A stretch of 24,221 nt of DNA, from positions 1 through 24,221 of the forward strand of contig JBDLIE010000040.1 of the NCBI GenBank assembly GCA_039715015.1, read 5' to 3'. Of this stretch, positions 8,224 through 16,966 are shown in pieces (within the stretch, counting starts at the first letter, position 1; each line of letters starts with the position of its first letter). Made by a program: the position numbers and the translations under genes. Below the pieces are notes generated by a model. The model ran no database searches and was not told the origin of the DNA. It worked only from the letters and a program-made list of their open reading frames with translations. This DNA comes from Thermodesulfobacteriota bacterium (GTDB lineage Bacteria; Desulfobacterota; Desulfobulbia; Desulfobulbales; SURF-16).

Positions 8224-8835
8224 ATGCATGTTTTCACCATAAAAAATCTGCAAATTTTGGATATGCCCCCTTTCAACCTGGAGCTTCAGGCAGGTGAATG
8301 TATCGCTATTACTGGTGATTCAGGCTGCGGCAAATCCCTTTTCCTTAGAGCATTGGCAGACCTTGACCCAAACCCCGGAGAAATCTTCTTAGATGGAAAG
8401 GCGTCAAGTTCCTATCACCCCTGGCAATGGCGGCGCCAGGTCGGTCTCCTCCCATCTGAAAGCAGCTGGTGGTTGGCCAAAGTAGAAGATCATTTCCCTG
8501 GTGAAGGCGCTAATTTATACCAGCAGCTGACAGCAATCGGTTTAACGGCCAACATTCTCAATTCACACACCCACCGTCTCTCCAGTGGTGAACGTCAGCG
8601 CTTATCATTATTACGCCTACTTCGCAATAAACCATCAATCCTTCTCCTTGACGAGCCCACGGCAAACCTTGACAACAACAATAGTGCCCTGGTGGAGAGA
8701 ATCTTAAAAAAATACCAACAGGACCACGGTGCCACCCTTATCTGGGTAACCCACAATCTGTCCCAGGCCCGACGGGTGGCAAACAGGCATCTCCAATTCA
8801 CCAAACATCGTGTACGTGAAGTGAAAGGAATTTAG
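8224..8835 (+). CDS. fetA: ABC transporter ATP-binding protein, FetA/YbbL-like
   Basis: Walker A GDSGCGKS, signature LSSGERQR, Walker B LLLDEPT, H-loop WVTH. Short stand-alone ATPase next to a UPF0014 permease. Confidence 0.8.
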   Translation: MHVFTIKNLQILDMPPFNLELQAGECIAITGDSGCGKSLFLRALADLDPNPGEIFLDGKASSSYHPWQWRRQVGLLPSESSWWLAKVEDHFPGEGANLYQQLTAIGLTANILNSHTHRLSSGERQRLSLLRLLRNKPSILLLDEPTANLDNNNSALVERILKKYQQDHGATLIWVTHNLSQARRVANRHLQFTKHRVREVKGI

Positions 8836-8845
8836 AGGGAATCTG

Positions 8846-9652
8846 ATGAACATTATCACTCTTTCTGGACTTGATCTCACCCTGGCTGCTTTCCTCATTT
8901 TTCTACTCGGTGTCCTTAGTCTTTTCCTGAGACTTGGCCAGACCAGGCAGCTCTTTACTGCATCTGTTCGTTGCACAGTACAACTGCTGATCATGGGGCT
9001 TATCCTTAAGCTGCTCTTTGCAGCAGCTAATCCGGCAGCCATAATAATAATGGCTTTTGTTATGCTGCTCAGCGCCGGTCAAGCCGTAACCAGCCGAATC
9101 CATCGCCCTTTAGCTGGGAGGTGGTGGTCCTATTTTTTCGGTGTTTCTGCCATGTTTCTCTCGTCCTTTACAGTCACCCTTTTTGCCCTCTTAATCATAA
9201 TCGACATTAAACCCTGGTACACACCTCAGTATGCCATCCCTCTTTTAGGCATGCTGCTTGGCAATACCATGACAGGTGTCGCCCTTAGCATGGACACCTT
9301 AACAACAACAGTTTTTCAGCATAAGAATATAATTGAAGGACGGCTGATGCTCGGAGAGAAATGGCGTGATGCGGCCCGCGATCAGATTACAGGCGCCATC
9401 CGAACCGGCCTTACGCCAATCATTAACTCCATGGCCACCACAGGTATTGTTGCACTGCCCGGCATGATGACCGGCCAGATCTTGGCAGGTTCTCCTCCCA
9501 TGGTTGCTGTGACCTACCAGATTCTAATTATGTTTCTTATCGCTGCCGGAACCGGCTTTGGGGTTATTCTGGCTGTCCAAATTACGGCCAGACATCTCTT
9601 TGACCACCGCCACCGCCTGCGCCTTGACCGCTTGTCCGATGGTGATATCTAG
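8846..9652 (+). CDS. fetB: ABC permease FetB/YbbM (UPF0014)
   Basis: R.TVQLLIMG, PWYTPQYAIPLLGMLLGNTM and GIVALPGMMTGQILAG.PP..AV.YQI motifs; multiple hydrophobic helices. Confidence 0.9.
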   Translation: MNIITLSGLDLTLAAFLIFLLGVLSLFLRLGQTRQLFTASVRCTVQLLIMGLILKLLFAAANPAAIIIMAFVMLLSAGQAVTSRIHRPLAGRWWSYFFGVSAMFLSSFTVTLFALLIIIDIKPWYTPQYAIPLLGMLLGNTMTGVALSMDTLTTTVFQHKNIIEGRLMLGEKWRDAARDQITGAIRTGLTPIINSMATTGIVALPGMMTGQILAGSPPMVAVTYQILIMFLIAAGTGFGVILAVQITARHLFDHRHRLRLDRLSDGDI

Positions 9653-9779
9653 AAACAGATTAGTAAAAAGAGAGTATTTTGCTTTTCCACGGCATATGGG
9701 GTAGATAGAAGAGCTGTTTTTTTCTTTCGCATAGTGTTTGTTTTTTTAAATAGATAATTTTTAAGACAAGAGGTGTTAC

Positions 9780-10307
<528 letters not shown>

Positions 10308-10323
10308 GAAGACATTTTTCTTC

Positions 10324-10371
10324 TCCAACAAAAAAGGCCCTGGTCAAATGACCAGGGCCTTTTTTGTTGGA
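10324..10371. terminator. Bidirectional terminator between the cyclophilin gene and mamK
   Basis: 23-bp perfect inverted repeat TCCAACAAAAAAGGCCCTGGTCA / TGACCAGGGCCTTTTTTGTTGGA, with A and T tracts, between convergent genes. Confidence 0.9.
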
Positions 10372-10387
10372 AACTATGAGAGATGTC

Positions 10388-11423
10388 TCATGAATCCGGA
10401 TCAAACATAACGCCTATCTGAGACCACATGTCTTCCGGAATCTCAGTAGCCAACTTAAGGGCACCGGCAGAACCGACAAATTCAGAGTCATCCACCGCAG
10501 TTACATTGACCTCGCCATATTCGGCAAGATGTTCAACAATCATTTCAGCCAAGCCGGTGATACGGGAACCACCACCGGCCAGAATGATATTTTTCAAGGT
10601 GGCTTCCTGATCTTCAGGATTAAATTTCTGGATAAGATTTTCTATGTGCTCACAGATATCAGGGACGATACTCTCCCATACGGCATTAACATCCTCAGTA
10701 ACATCAAACTCTGCGGGCTTGCCCTCGTGGCGCAGGGTAACAACTGCCTTTTTTGAACCATCCACAGAGGCGTATTGCTCCTTGATGGAACAGGCCACCG
10801 AGTCGGTCATCTGGCCCCCTGGACAATGACGACTAATGGATTGGCCCAGCCGCTCATCAAATATAATCACCTGCCTTGGTCAGGGTCACAAGATCATCCA
10901 AATGCGGGACAGTGCCCTTCATGGCACAGATATCAACGGTGCCAGCGCCGATATCAACAACAATGCTATTGGTAAGTTTATTGATGTTATAGGCGACCAT
11001 AAAAGGCTTTGGAACGATGAGGGCAATATCAAGAAGATCTTTGGCAATCTGGGAAAGCAACTTCTTATTCTGCAGAGAAGCCCGGGCCGGCACCCCTATA
11101 ATACCACAAGCGCAGCCATCACCAGCGGCCTCAGAGGCCTTGCCAATGACGTTCTTGAGCAGTTCGTAAGCAGTATTATAGTTTAAATGATTGGCCTCAC
11201 GAACAAGACCATCTTCAAAAGGCTGGTAGAGGGTGAGCGCAGAAGGATTTTGGAGAGCCTCTTCGCCAAAGACCTGGGATTTTCCGAGAAGCTGCAGGCC
11301 AACGACATCCTTTGGGTAACCGACAACGGAACTGGTAAGATCCTGATAGCCGTCACTGGAAATTATTGCTGTCCTGGCTGTTCCCAGGTCGATGCCAAGC
11401 AACAGATTATCAGATCTGCTTAT
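10388..11423 (-). pseudogene. mamK: Magnetosome-type actin-like protein MamK, frameshifted (probable pseudogene)
   Basis: ORFs 10857-11402 and 10388-10870 join into about 344 aa if one T is removed at 10859-10861. Motifs LGIDLGT, SVVGYPKDVVGLQLLG, IIGVPARAS..NK.LL, VDIGAGTVDICAMKGTVP..D.VTLTKAGDYIDERL and NIILAGGGSRI.GL are colinear with MamK. AAGGA RBS precedes an in-frame ATA at 11423. Confidence 0.88.
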
Positions 11424-11707
11424 GAATTTTCCTTAAAGGTCCAACTGCACCTTTTTTTTGTAATATTCTAAATTAGACAGACAGGTAAATGATAGTTGTT
11501 CGGAGATAAAGGAATTCAATACTTCTACCCAGCAAAGATTGCTCTGCTTGAACGAGTAGAGTAACAACAGCTCATTTCTACTTGCCAGGGTGTACCTAAT
11601 CTCACGGAACTATGATTTTTTGCACAATGGCATTAAAAATCTTATCAAGTAAATTTAGATAGTTACAACCACCCCATCCTTACCAAGAACACTGTCACCC
11701 GGCGGAT

Positions 11708-13510
11708 CTATTGACCTTTGGGAGATCTCCTCGCATCTCTTTTTTGCTTTGTGGTGACAGGGCCCTTCTTTTTTGCTGTTTTTAATCTTGGGCGAACAAG
11801 AATCTTCTGAAGACATTCTCGCTGCTGCTGGCGTTCTTTGAAATTCTTGGCGACATAAAGGGGCGCGCCATCCCTGTCAGCCTCAGAGACATACATGGCT
11901 GTGGCAATGGTTCCTGGAGTTGGTGTAAAATCCTGAAACTGGCGAACCGGCAGGTTCAGTTTCTTAAGGTCCCTGGAAAGCTGTTGCATATCACCTAAAG
12001 TGCAACCTGGATGGGATGAAATCAGATAGGCTGACAGGGCAACCTTACCGCCTTTTTGTTTTTTCACTTTACGGCATGCCTCTACAAAATCCCTCAAGAG
12101 AGGCCCTCCAGGCTTGTGCATATGGCCTAGAACCTTATCAACCGTGTGTTCTGGGGCAATCTTCAGCATCCCAGGGGTGTGATTATTTATGATGTTCCGG
12201 AGAAGTTTTGGTGTCTTCAAGAGAAGCTCCATGCGGAGGCCTGAAGAAATAAAGAGATGCTTAACTCCGGGAATATTCTCAACATTGGCCAATAACTTCA
12301 GAAATACTTCCTCATCAATAACCAGCTGGGGGCATATTTGAGGATAAAGACAATCCCTTTTCTTACAGCCCCCCTTTTCACAGCTCACCCCATAAAGATT
12401 TGCAGTAGGTCCACCTATATCAGTTATAGTGCCGGTAAAGCCTTGTTCAGAGGCAAGCTTTTCTACCTCGACAAGGATTGATTCAGGGCTTCGACTGACG
12501 ATCACCGGGCCTTGATGACGAGTGATGGCACAAAAGGAGCAGTTGCCGCAACAACCACGGACAATGGCAACTGAGTCTTTTATCATCGAAAAGGCTGGAA
12601 TACGGCCACTTTCAGGATGAGGTCGTCTGGTAAAAGGCAAGGCATACAGGGCATCAAGTTCTGAGGGGGATAAGGGCTGTGCCGGGGGCATTTGGGCCAC
12701 ATAATGGCTCTGCTGCTGCTGAATGATGATTTTTTGAGAAGCAGCCCGGGCCTCTTTATCAATAATCAGCTCAGCAGCCAAAAACTGTTTCTTGTCAACC
12801 GAAATGTCATGTAAGGAAGGTAAGAAGAGCTGTTGGTAAGGAAAAGAAAACTTGCTGAACTCTTGTGGACTGAGGCGTATGCAGGTGCCGTTGATCCCGG
12901 CAAGTTCTTCTTTTTCCCTAAGACGACGGGCCACCTCAACTATGGCGCTTTCTGCCATACCATAGACAAGAAGATCAGCCTTGGAGTCAGTGAGCACAGA
13001 GCCCCGGATCTTCTGCTGTTGGTAGTCATAATGGCTAAAACGGCGCAGTGAGGCCTCCACCCCACCGATAATAGTGGTTACATCTTTATATGCCTGTTTG
13101 GCCAAATTGACATAGATCGATGTTGCCCGATCCGGCCGCCTTCTGTTGCCTTTGGTCCGCGGCCCGGGAAAATAGGGATCGCCCTCAGGGGAATACTGGT
13201 CCTCGTCACGAACCTTGGCGTTTCCGGTGTAATTGGAAACAATGGAGTCAAGATTGCCGGCGCTTATCCCAAAAAAGAGACGAGGACGGCCAAAACGTTT
13301 AAAATCCTGGGGAGAATCATAACGGGGCTGGGCCAGAACAGCCACACGATAGCCCTGACTCTCCAGGAGACGACCAATGAGCGCCACCCCGAAAGACGGG
13401 TGGTCCACATAGGCATCGCCTGTCACCAGAACAATATCGACCCATTGCCATTCTCTTTCTTTTAGATCATCGCTGCTGGTTGCTAAAAATGATTTCCTGT
13501 CGTCGGCCAT
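11708..13510 (-). CDS. YgiQ-family (UPF0313) radical SAM protein
   Basis: VTGDAYVDHPSFG, GNLDSIVSNYT, RPDRA, GGVEASLRRFSHYDY, CxxxCxxC (CCGNCSFC), DIGGPTANLYG, QDFTPTP. Confidence 0.93.
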   Translation of the reverse strand: MADDRKSFLATSSDDLKEREWQWVDIVLVTGDAYVDHPSFGVALIGRLLESQGYRVAVLAQPRYDSPQDFKRFGRPRLFFGISAGNLDSIVSNYTGNAKVRDEDQYSPEGDPYFPGPRTKGNRRRPDRATSIYVNLAKQAYKDVTTIIGGVEASLRRFSHYDYQQQKIRGSVLTDSKADLLVYGMAESAIVEVARRLREKEELAGINGTCIRLSPQEFSKFSFPYQQLFLPSLHDISVDKKQFLAAELIIDKEARAASQKIIIQQQQSHYVAQMPPAQPLSPSELDALYALPFTRRPHPESGRIPAFSMIKDSVAIVRGCCGNCSFCAITRHQGPVIVSRSPESILVEVEKLASEQGFTGTITDIGGPTANLYGVSCEKGGCKKRDCLYPQICPQLVIDEEVFLKLLANVENIPGVKHLFISSGLRMELLLKTPKLLRNIINNHTPGMLKIAPEHTVDKVLGHMHKPGGPLLRDFVEACRKVKKQKGGKVALSAYLISSHPGCTLGDMQQLSRDLKKLNLPVRQFQDFTPTPGTIATAMYVSEADRDGAPLYVAKNFKERQQQRECLQKILVRPRLKTAKKKGPVTTKQKRDARRSPKGQ

Positions 13511-13519
13511 GGGGCTCCA

Positions 13520-14599
13520 TTAAAAGGTAAGCCACTTCTCATAGGCTTGTCGCAAAACAGGCCAGGTAAAGCTGTCGGTGAGGTGCAGGCGCTTAGCAAG
13601 GGGCAAAGGAGCGCTGTTAGATCTCAGCACCTCTTTAAGCCTCTCTTTAAAACATCTATCATTCTCATAGAGATACTCAGCGTCAAAGAGTTCCGGGTAG
13701 GACAGTCTTTTGGGCAATAAAGGGCGACAACCAGCCCGGACCGCCTCGATAACACTGAGACCATAAAACTCATGGCTGGCCGTGGAGATAATGATAGTCC
13801 CCTCCTTCAAAAGTTCAAGATACGCTGTCCGGTCTTCGGCATAACCAAAATGAATAATCCGTTCATTAAGCCTTTTTTCAGCCTCTGCAAAGATGGCTGG
13901 CCGGCGTTGAAAGGCCTGCCCTACGACAATAAGCCGGAAAGGAATATCCTCGCCCGCAAGATCAAACAGGGTATGAAAAAATAGCTCCGGGTTCTTGTCA
14001 TGCTCCCAACGATGATTCCAGACAACGACTGGCACATCTTCTGCTTGGTCTGATTCAGGAAGCTGGTCAAGCTCGCTGAAGTCCAGGCCCAACGGGAGTA
14101 TTGTAGATTTCTGGGCAAGAACCTCGGAGCTGTCGAGTTTAATATCAGGGGCCTTTTTCTCCATATCCCGACAGCCATCAAGGAAGGAATCAAGATTAAA
14201 GGTACTATTAAAGCCAAGGCGATCAGAGGCCAGAGCCGTCAGGTAATTAGTGAGCCCAAAGTGAAAATCCCGTTCATCCTTAACCTGGACAGGATAGGCG
14301 AATTGATTTTCATGAAAATAGGTGAGTATAGGGAGATTGTTAAACCAAGAAGGAGCCAGGCCCCGGAGAGTAGCAACATCGATGAAGGTAGAGCAGAGAA
14401 CTGCTTCTACATCCTGTTTCTCTGCAAGCTGGCCGGCAACCCATGGCGCAGCAAAACGCATCCGCCATTTCCACTTGCGGGCCGGCAGGGTTATAAAGGT
14501 GAAGTTAAGGTCGAGATGTTCTTCAAGCTGCTGCAGGAAAAATTTATGCGAACCGCCGAAATAAGGCTCTATGACCAGAATTTTACGGCATACTCCCAT
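13520..14599 (-). CDS. DUF3524 / GTDC1-like GT4 glycosyltransferase
   Basis: EPYFGGSH, LPARKWKWRMR, YFHENQFAYP, WNHRWEHDKNP, HEFYGLSVIEAV, RLSYPE. ATG 14599 preferred over TTG 14701, which lies inside the hairpin. Confidence 0.9.
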   Translation of the reverse strand: MGVCRKILVIEPYFGGSHKFFLQQLEEHLDLNFTFITLPARKWKWRMRFAAPWVAGQLAEKQDVEAVLCSTFIDVATLRGLAPSWFNNLPILTYFHENQFAYPVQVKDERDFHFGLTNYLTALASDRLGFNSTFNLDSFLDGCRDMEKKAPDIKLDSSEVLAQKSTILPLGLDFSELDQLPESDQAEDVPVVVWNHRWEHDKNPELFFHTLFDLAGEDIPFRLIVVGQAFQRRPAIFAEAEKRLNERIIHFGYAEDRTAYLELLKEGTIIISTASHEFYGLSVIEAVRAGCRPLLPKRLSYPELFDAEYLYENDRCFKERLKEVLRSNSAPLPLAKRLHLTDSFTWPVLRQAYEKWLTF

Positions 14600-14655
14600 T
14601 AATACGTAACCAATCACAGGATACAAGCAACGAGAAGTCGCTCTACCCAGGAACC

Positions 14656-14762
14656 GTAAGCGGTTGCAGGCGCCGGAGATCCGTTCACACAGGGTAGTCA
14701 ACTATAGTTGGCTATGTTGGTTATCCTGTTTGGGCGGAGATTCGGTGCCTGTGATCGCTTAC
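14656..14762 (+). repeat. 107-nt imperfect palindrome forming a rod-like hairpin (REP/MITE-like element or ncRNA)
   Basis: 14656-14702 pairs with 14716-14762 at 44 of 47 positions including 10 G-U pairs; capped by ATAG-TTGG-CTAT. Confidence 0.8.
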
Positions 14763-14763
14763 A

Positions 14764-15279
14764 TTAATACTTCTTATCGGCATAGGCCAGCCAGCCGCCA
14801 GCCTCAACCAGTTCTTTGTCAAACGAGTTTAACTGAAAGGAAAAGGTGGCCTCTGTGCTGCCTTTGGCCTGGACAATCTCTTTTTCAATATCAACGGCAA
14901 TTTCCAGCTCCGGCCCCATCTTAAACAGCGTATCAATATCCTGGCGGCTCAGTTCGATGGCCAGCATACCGCAGTTAAACATGTTTTGCCGAAAGATACG
15001 GGCAAAGCTCTCACCAATAACGACATTGATGTCATTCACCTCAAAAACCCAGACTGCGTGCTCCCGGGAGGAACCGCAACCAAAATTGCCCCGGGTGACA
15101 ATGATCTCGGCCTTTTGCGGATCAGTTTTGGGATCAAAGCCCTCAATTTTCAGGTCTTCGAGGATAAAAGGTTTTAGGGCCAGTTTCGAGTTCTCAGTGA
15201 GATATTTGGCCGGGATAATTTCGTCGGTATTGATATCTGATCTATCAAGAAAGAGTGCAGAACCACTGAATTTTTTCAT
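14764..15279 (-). CDS. leuD: 3-isopropylmalate dehydratase small subunit
   Basis: DINTDEIIPAKYL, NFGCGSSREHA, ESFARIFRQNMFNCG; directly downstream of the large subunit. Confidence 0.92.
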   Translation of the reverse strand: MKKFSGSALFLDRSDINTDEIIPAKYLTENSKLALKPFILEDLKIEGFDPKTDPQKAEIIVTRGNFGCGSSREHAVWVFEVNDINVVIGESFARIFRQNMFNCGMLAIELSRQDIDTLFKMGPELEIAVDIEKEIVQAKGSTEATFSFQLNSFDKELVEAGGWLAYADKKY

Positions 15280-15354
15280 AATAAAGCACCTGGTGACTTT
15301 TATTTATTGAAACAGTCTCTGGCGTCATGGCGGTAGTGAGACGTGGTTTATTAC

Positions 15355-16635
15355 CTAAAGTAAACGGTGGTCGGTGATAAAGCCCTTCACCGCTGTTGCT
15401 GCAGCAGTGCGGGGACTCATCAGGTGAACCATGCCGCCTTTGCCCATTCGACCTCGGAAATTACGATTAGTGGTGGAGGCGCAGACCTCACCTCCCGCCA
15501 AAACGCCGCTACTCATACCCAGGCAGGCGCCGCAGGTCGGGTTGGTCACACAGAAACCAGCCTCCATAAAGATCTGGATGATTCCTTCGTTCATGGCGGT
15601 TGTATAGACCAGAGGCGTTGCCGGAGCAAGAATGCCGCGCACCCCGGGGGCCACTTTTCTGCCTTTTAGTACCTGGGCAGCCTCCCGTAGATCTTCAATA
15701 CGGCCATTGGTACAGGACCCGATATAGACCTGATCCACCGGCGTCCCTTCAAGCTCTGTGACATCTTTCACCTCGTCAGGCTTATAGCCGTAAGTGACCT
15801 GCGGAACGATGCCGGAGACATCAAAGGTCAAATCAGCACAATACTGGGCGTCACTGTCGCTATGCCATTTCTTGAACTCCTGGGTGGCTGCATCAACAGA
15901 GGCATATTCATCCTTGATAAAGGGCCAGAGGTATTCGGCCGTTACCTTATCAGGCATACAAACACCGCAGGTGCCGCCCGCCTCAATGGCCATATTGCAC
16001 AAGGTCATCCTGGACTCCATACTCATGGCGTCAACCACCGGACCGGCAAACTCCATAACCTTGTCCGTGGCGCCGTTTACGGTGAGCTCCTTGATGATAT
16101 AGAGGATGATGTCCTTGGCAAACACACCTTCAGGAAGGGTGCCGACAATATTAATCTTCATGGTTTCCGGCAGCCGGAAGGAACATACCCCTTTGAAAAT
16201 GCCCACTTCGAGATCCGTAGTCCCTACCCCAGCTGCAAAAGCGCCAAAGGCACCATGGGTACAGGTGTGGGAATCTCCCATGATCACCGTATAACCGGGG
16301 CGGACAAAACCTTTTTCAGGAAACAGAGCGTGGCAGACACCGTTACTGCCGATATCGAAGAAGTCCTGAATTTTATTACGATGAGCCCAGTCACGCAGAA
16401 TCTTGGCCTGAGTTGCTGTTTTTGAATCTTTTGAGGGGGTTACATGGTCAATAACCACTTTGATCTTGGAGGGATCAAACACCTTATCCATGCCACGCTC
16501 AACAAGATCATTAATAGCAATGGGGGTGGTTATTTCATGGCACATGACTACATCGAGATCAAGAACAACATTTTCCCCAGATGGATTGTCACGACGATGA
16601 GCATCAAAGATTTTTTCAGCAATGGTTTTTCCCAT
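15355..16635 (-). CDS. leuC: 3-isopropylmalate dehydratase large subunit (short LeuC/HacA type)
   Basis: GDSHTCTHGAFG, GSCTNGR, PTCGACLG, STTNRNFRGRMG; AAGGAG RBS. Confidence 0.93.
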   Translation of the reverse strand: MGKTIAEKIFDAHRRDNPSGENVVLDLDVVMCHEITTPIAINDLVERGMDKVFDPSKIKVVIDHVTPSKDSKTATQAKILRDWAHRNKIQDFFDIGSNGVCHALFPEKGFVRPGYTVIMGDSHTCTHGAFGAFAAGVGTTDLEVGIFKGVCSFRLPETMKINIVGTLPEGVFAKDIILYIIKELTVNGATDKVMEFAGPVVDAMSMESRMTLCNMAIEAGGTCGVCMPDKVTAEYLWPFIKDEYASVDAATQEFKKWHSDSDAQYCADLTFDVSGIVPQVTYGYKPDEVKDVTELEGTPVDQVYIGSCTNGRIEDLREAAQVLKGRKVAPGVRGILAPATPLVYTTAMNEGIIQIFMEAGFCVTNPTCGACLGMSSGVLAGGEVCASTTNRNFRGRMGKGGMVHLMSPRTAAATAVKGFITDHRLL

Positions 16636-16858
16636 GGCTAGAAACTCCTTTCTTTAGGAAATTTAAAATTTATCTGGAACCCTCTTAGGCAAAACTACCG
16701 TTAAAAAAATGGAGTCTCACACGGGTTATTCCTTCCATTAAGCTTATCTATAGTAACGAAAAACAAGCTGATTTTTGAGAGCAACACATCTACCATAGTT
16801 CTCTATATTTTTCTAGTTTTTGTCCACATTAAAGAAACTTCATCCGAAGCTGGACACT

Positions 16859-16887
16859 TTGACTCCCGGTGCATCTTTTATTAAATT
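16859..16887 (+). promoter_or_regulatory. Possible sigma70 promoter for the HD-MshEN-GAF gene
   Basis: TTGACT, 17-nt spacer, TAAATT in an AT-rich divergent intergenic region; consistent with a start at 16967. Confidence 0.35.
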
Positions 16888-16966
16888 TATCTGTTTGTTC
16901 TTAACAACTTTTTATAGTAAAATCACATACAAGAACCACACAATCACCCTCCCGCCTCTACACTTC

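Noticed and set aside
10388..11402. Two separate genes, or mreB
   Set aside because: The halves are colinear parts of one actin fold, the motifs are MamK-type, and there is no mreC/mreD.
14656..14762. SRP RNA, 6S RNA or a leuD terminator
   Set aside because: No SRP domain IV motif, no large central bubble, and it folds poorly on the leuD strand with no U tract.
16640..16800. Leucine attenuator upstream of leuC
   Set aside because: No Leu-rich leader peptide found; only a weak stem before a T run.
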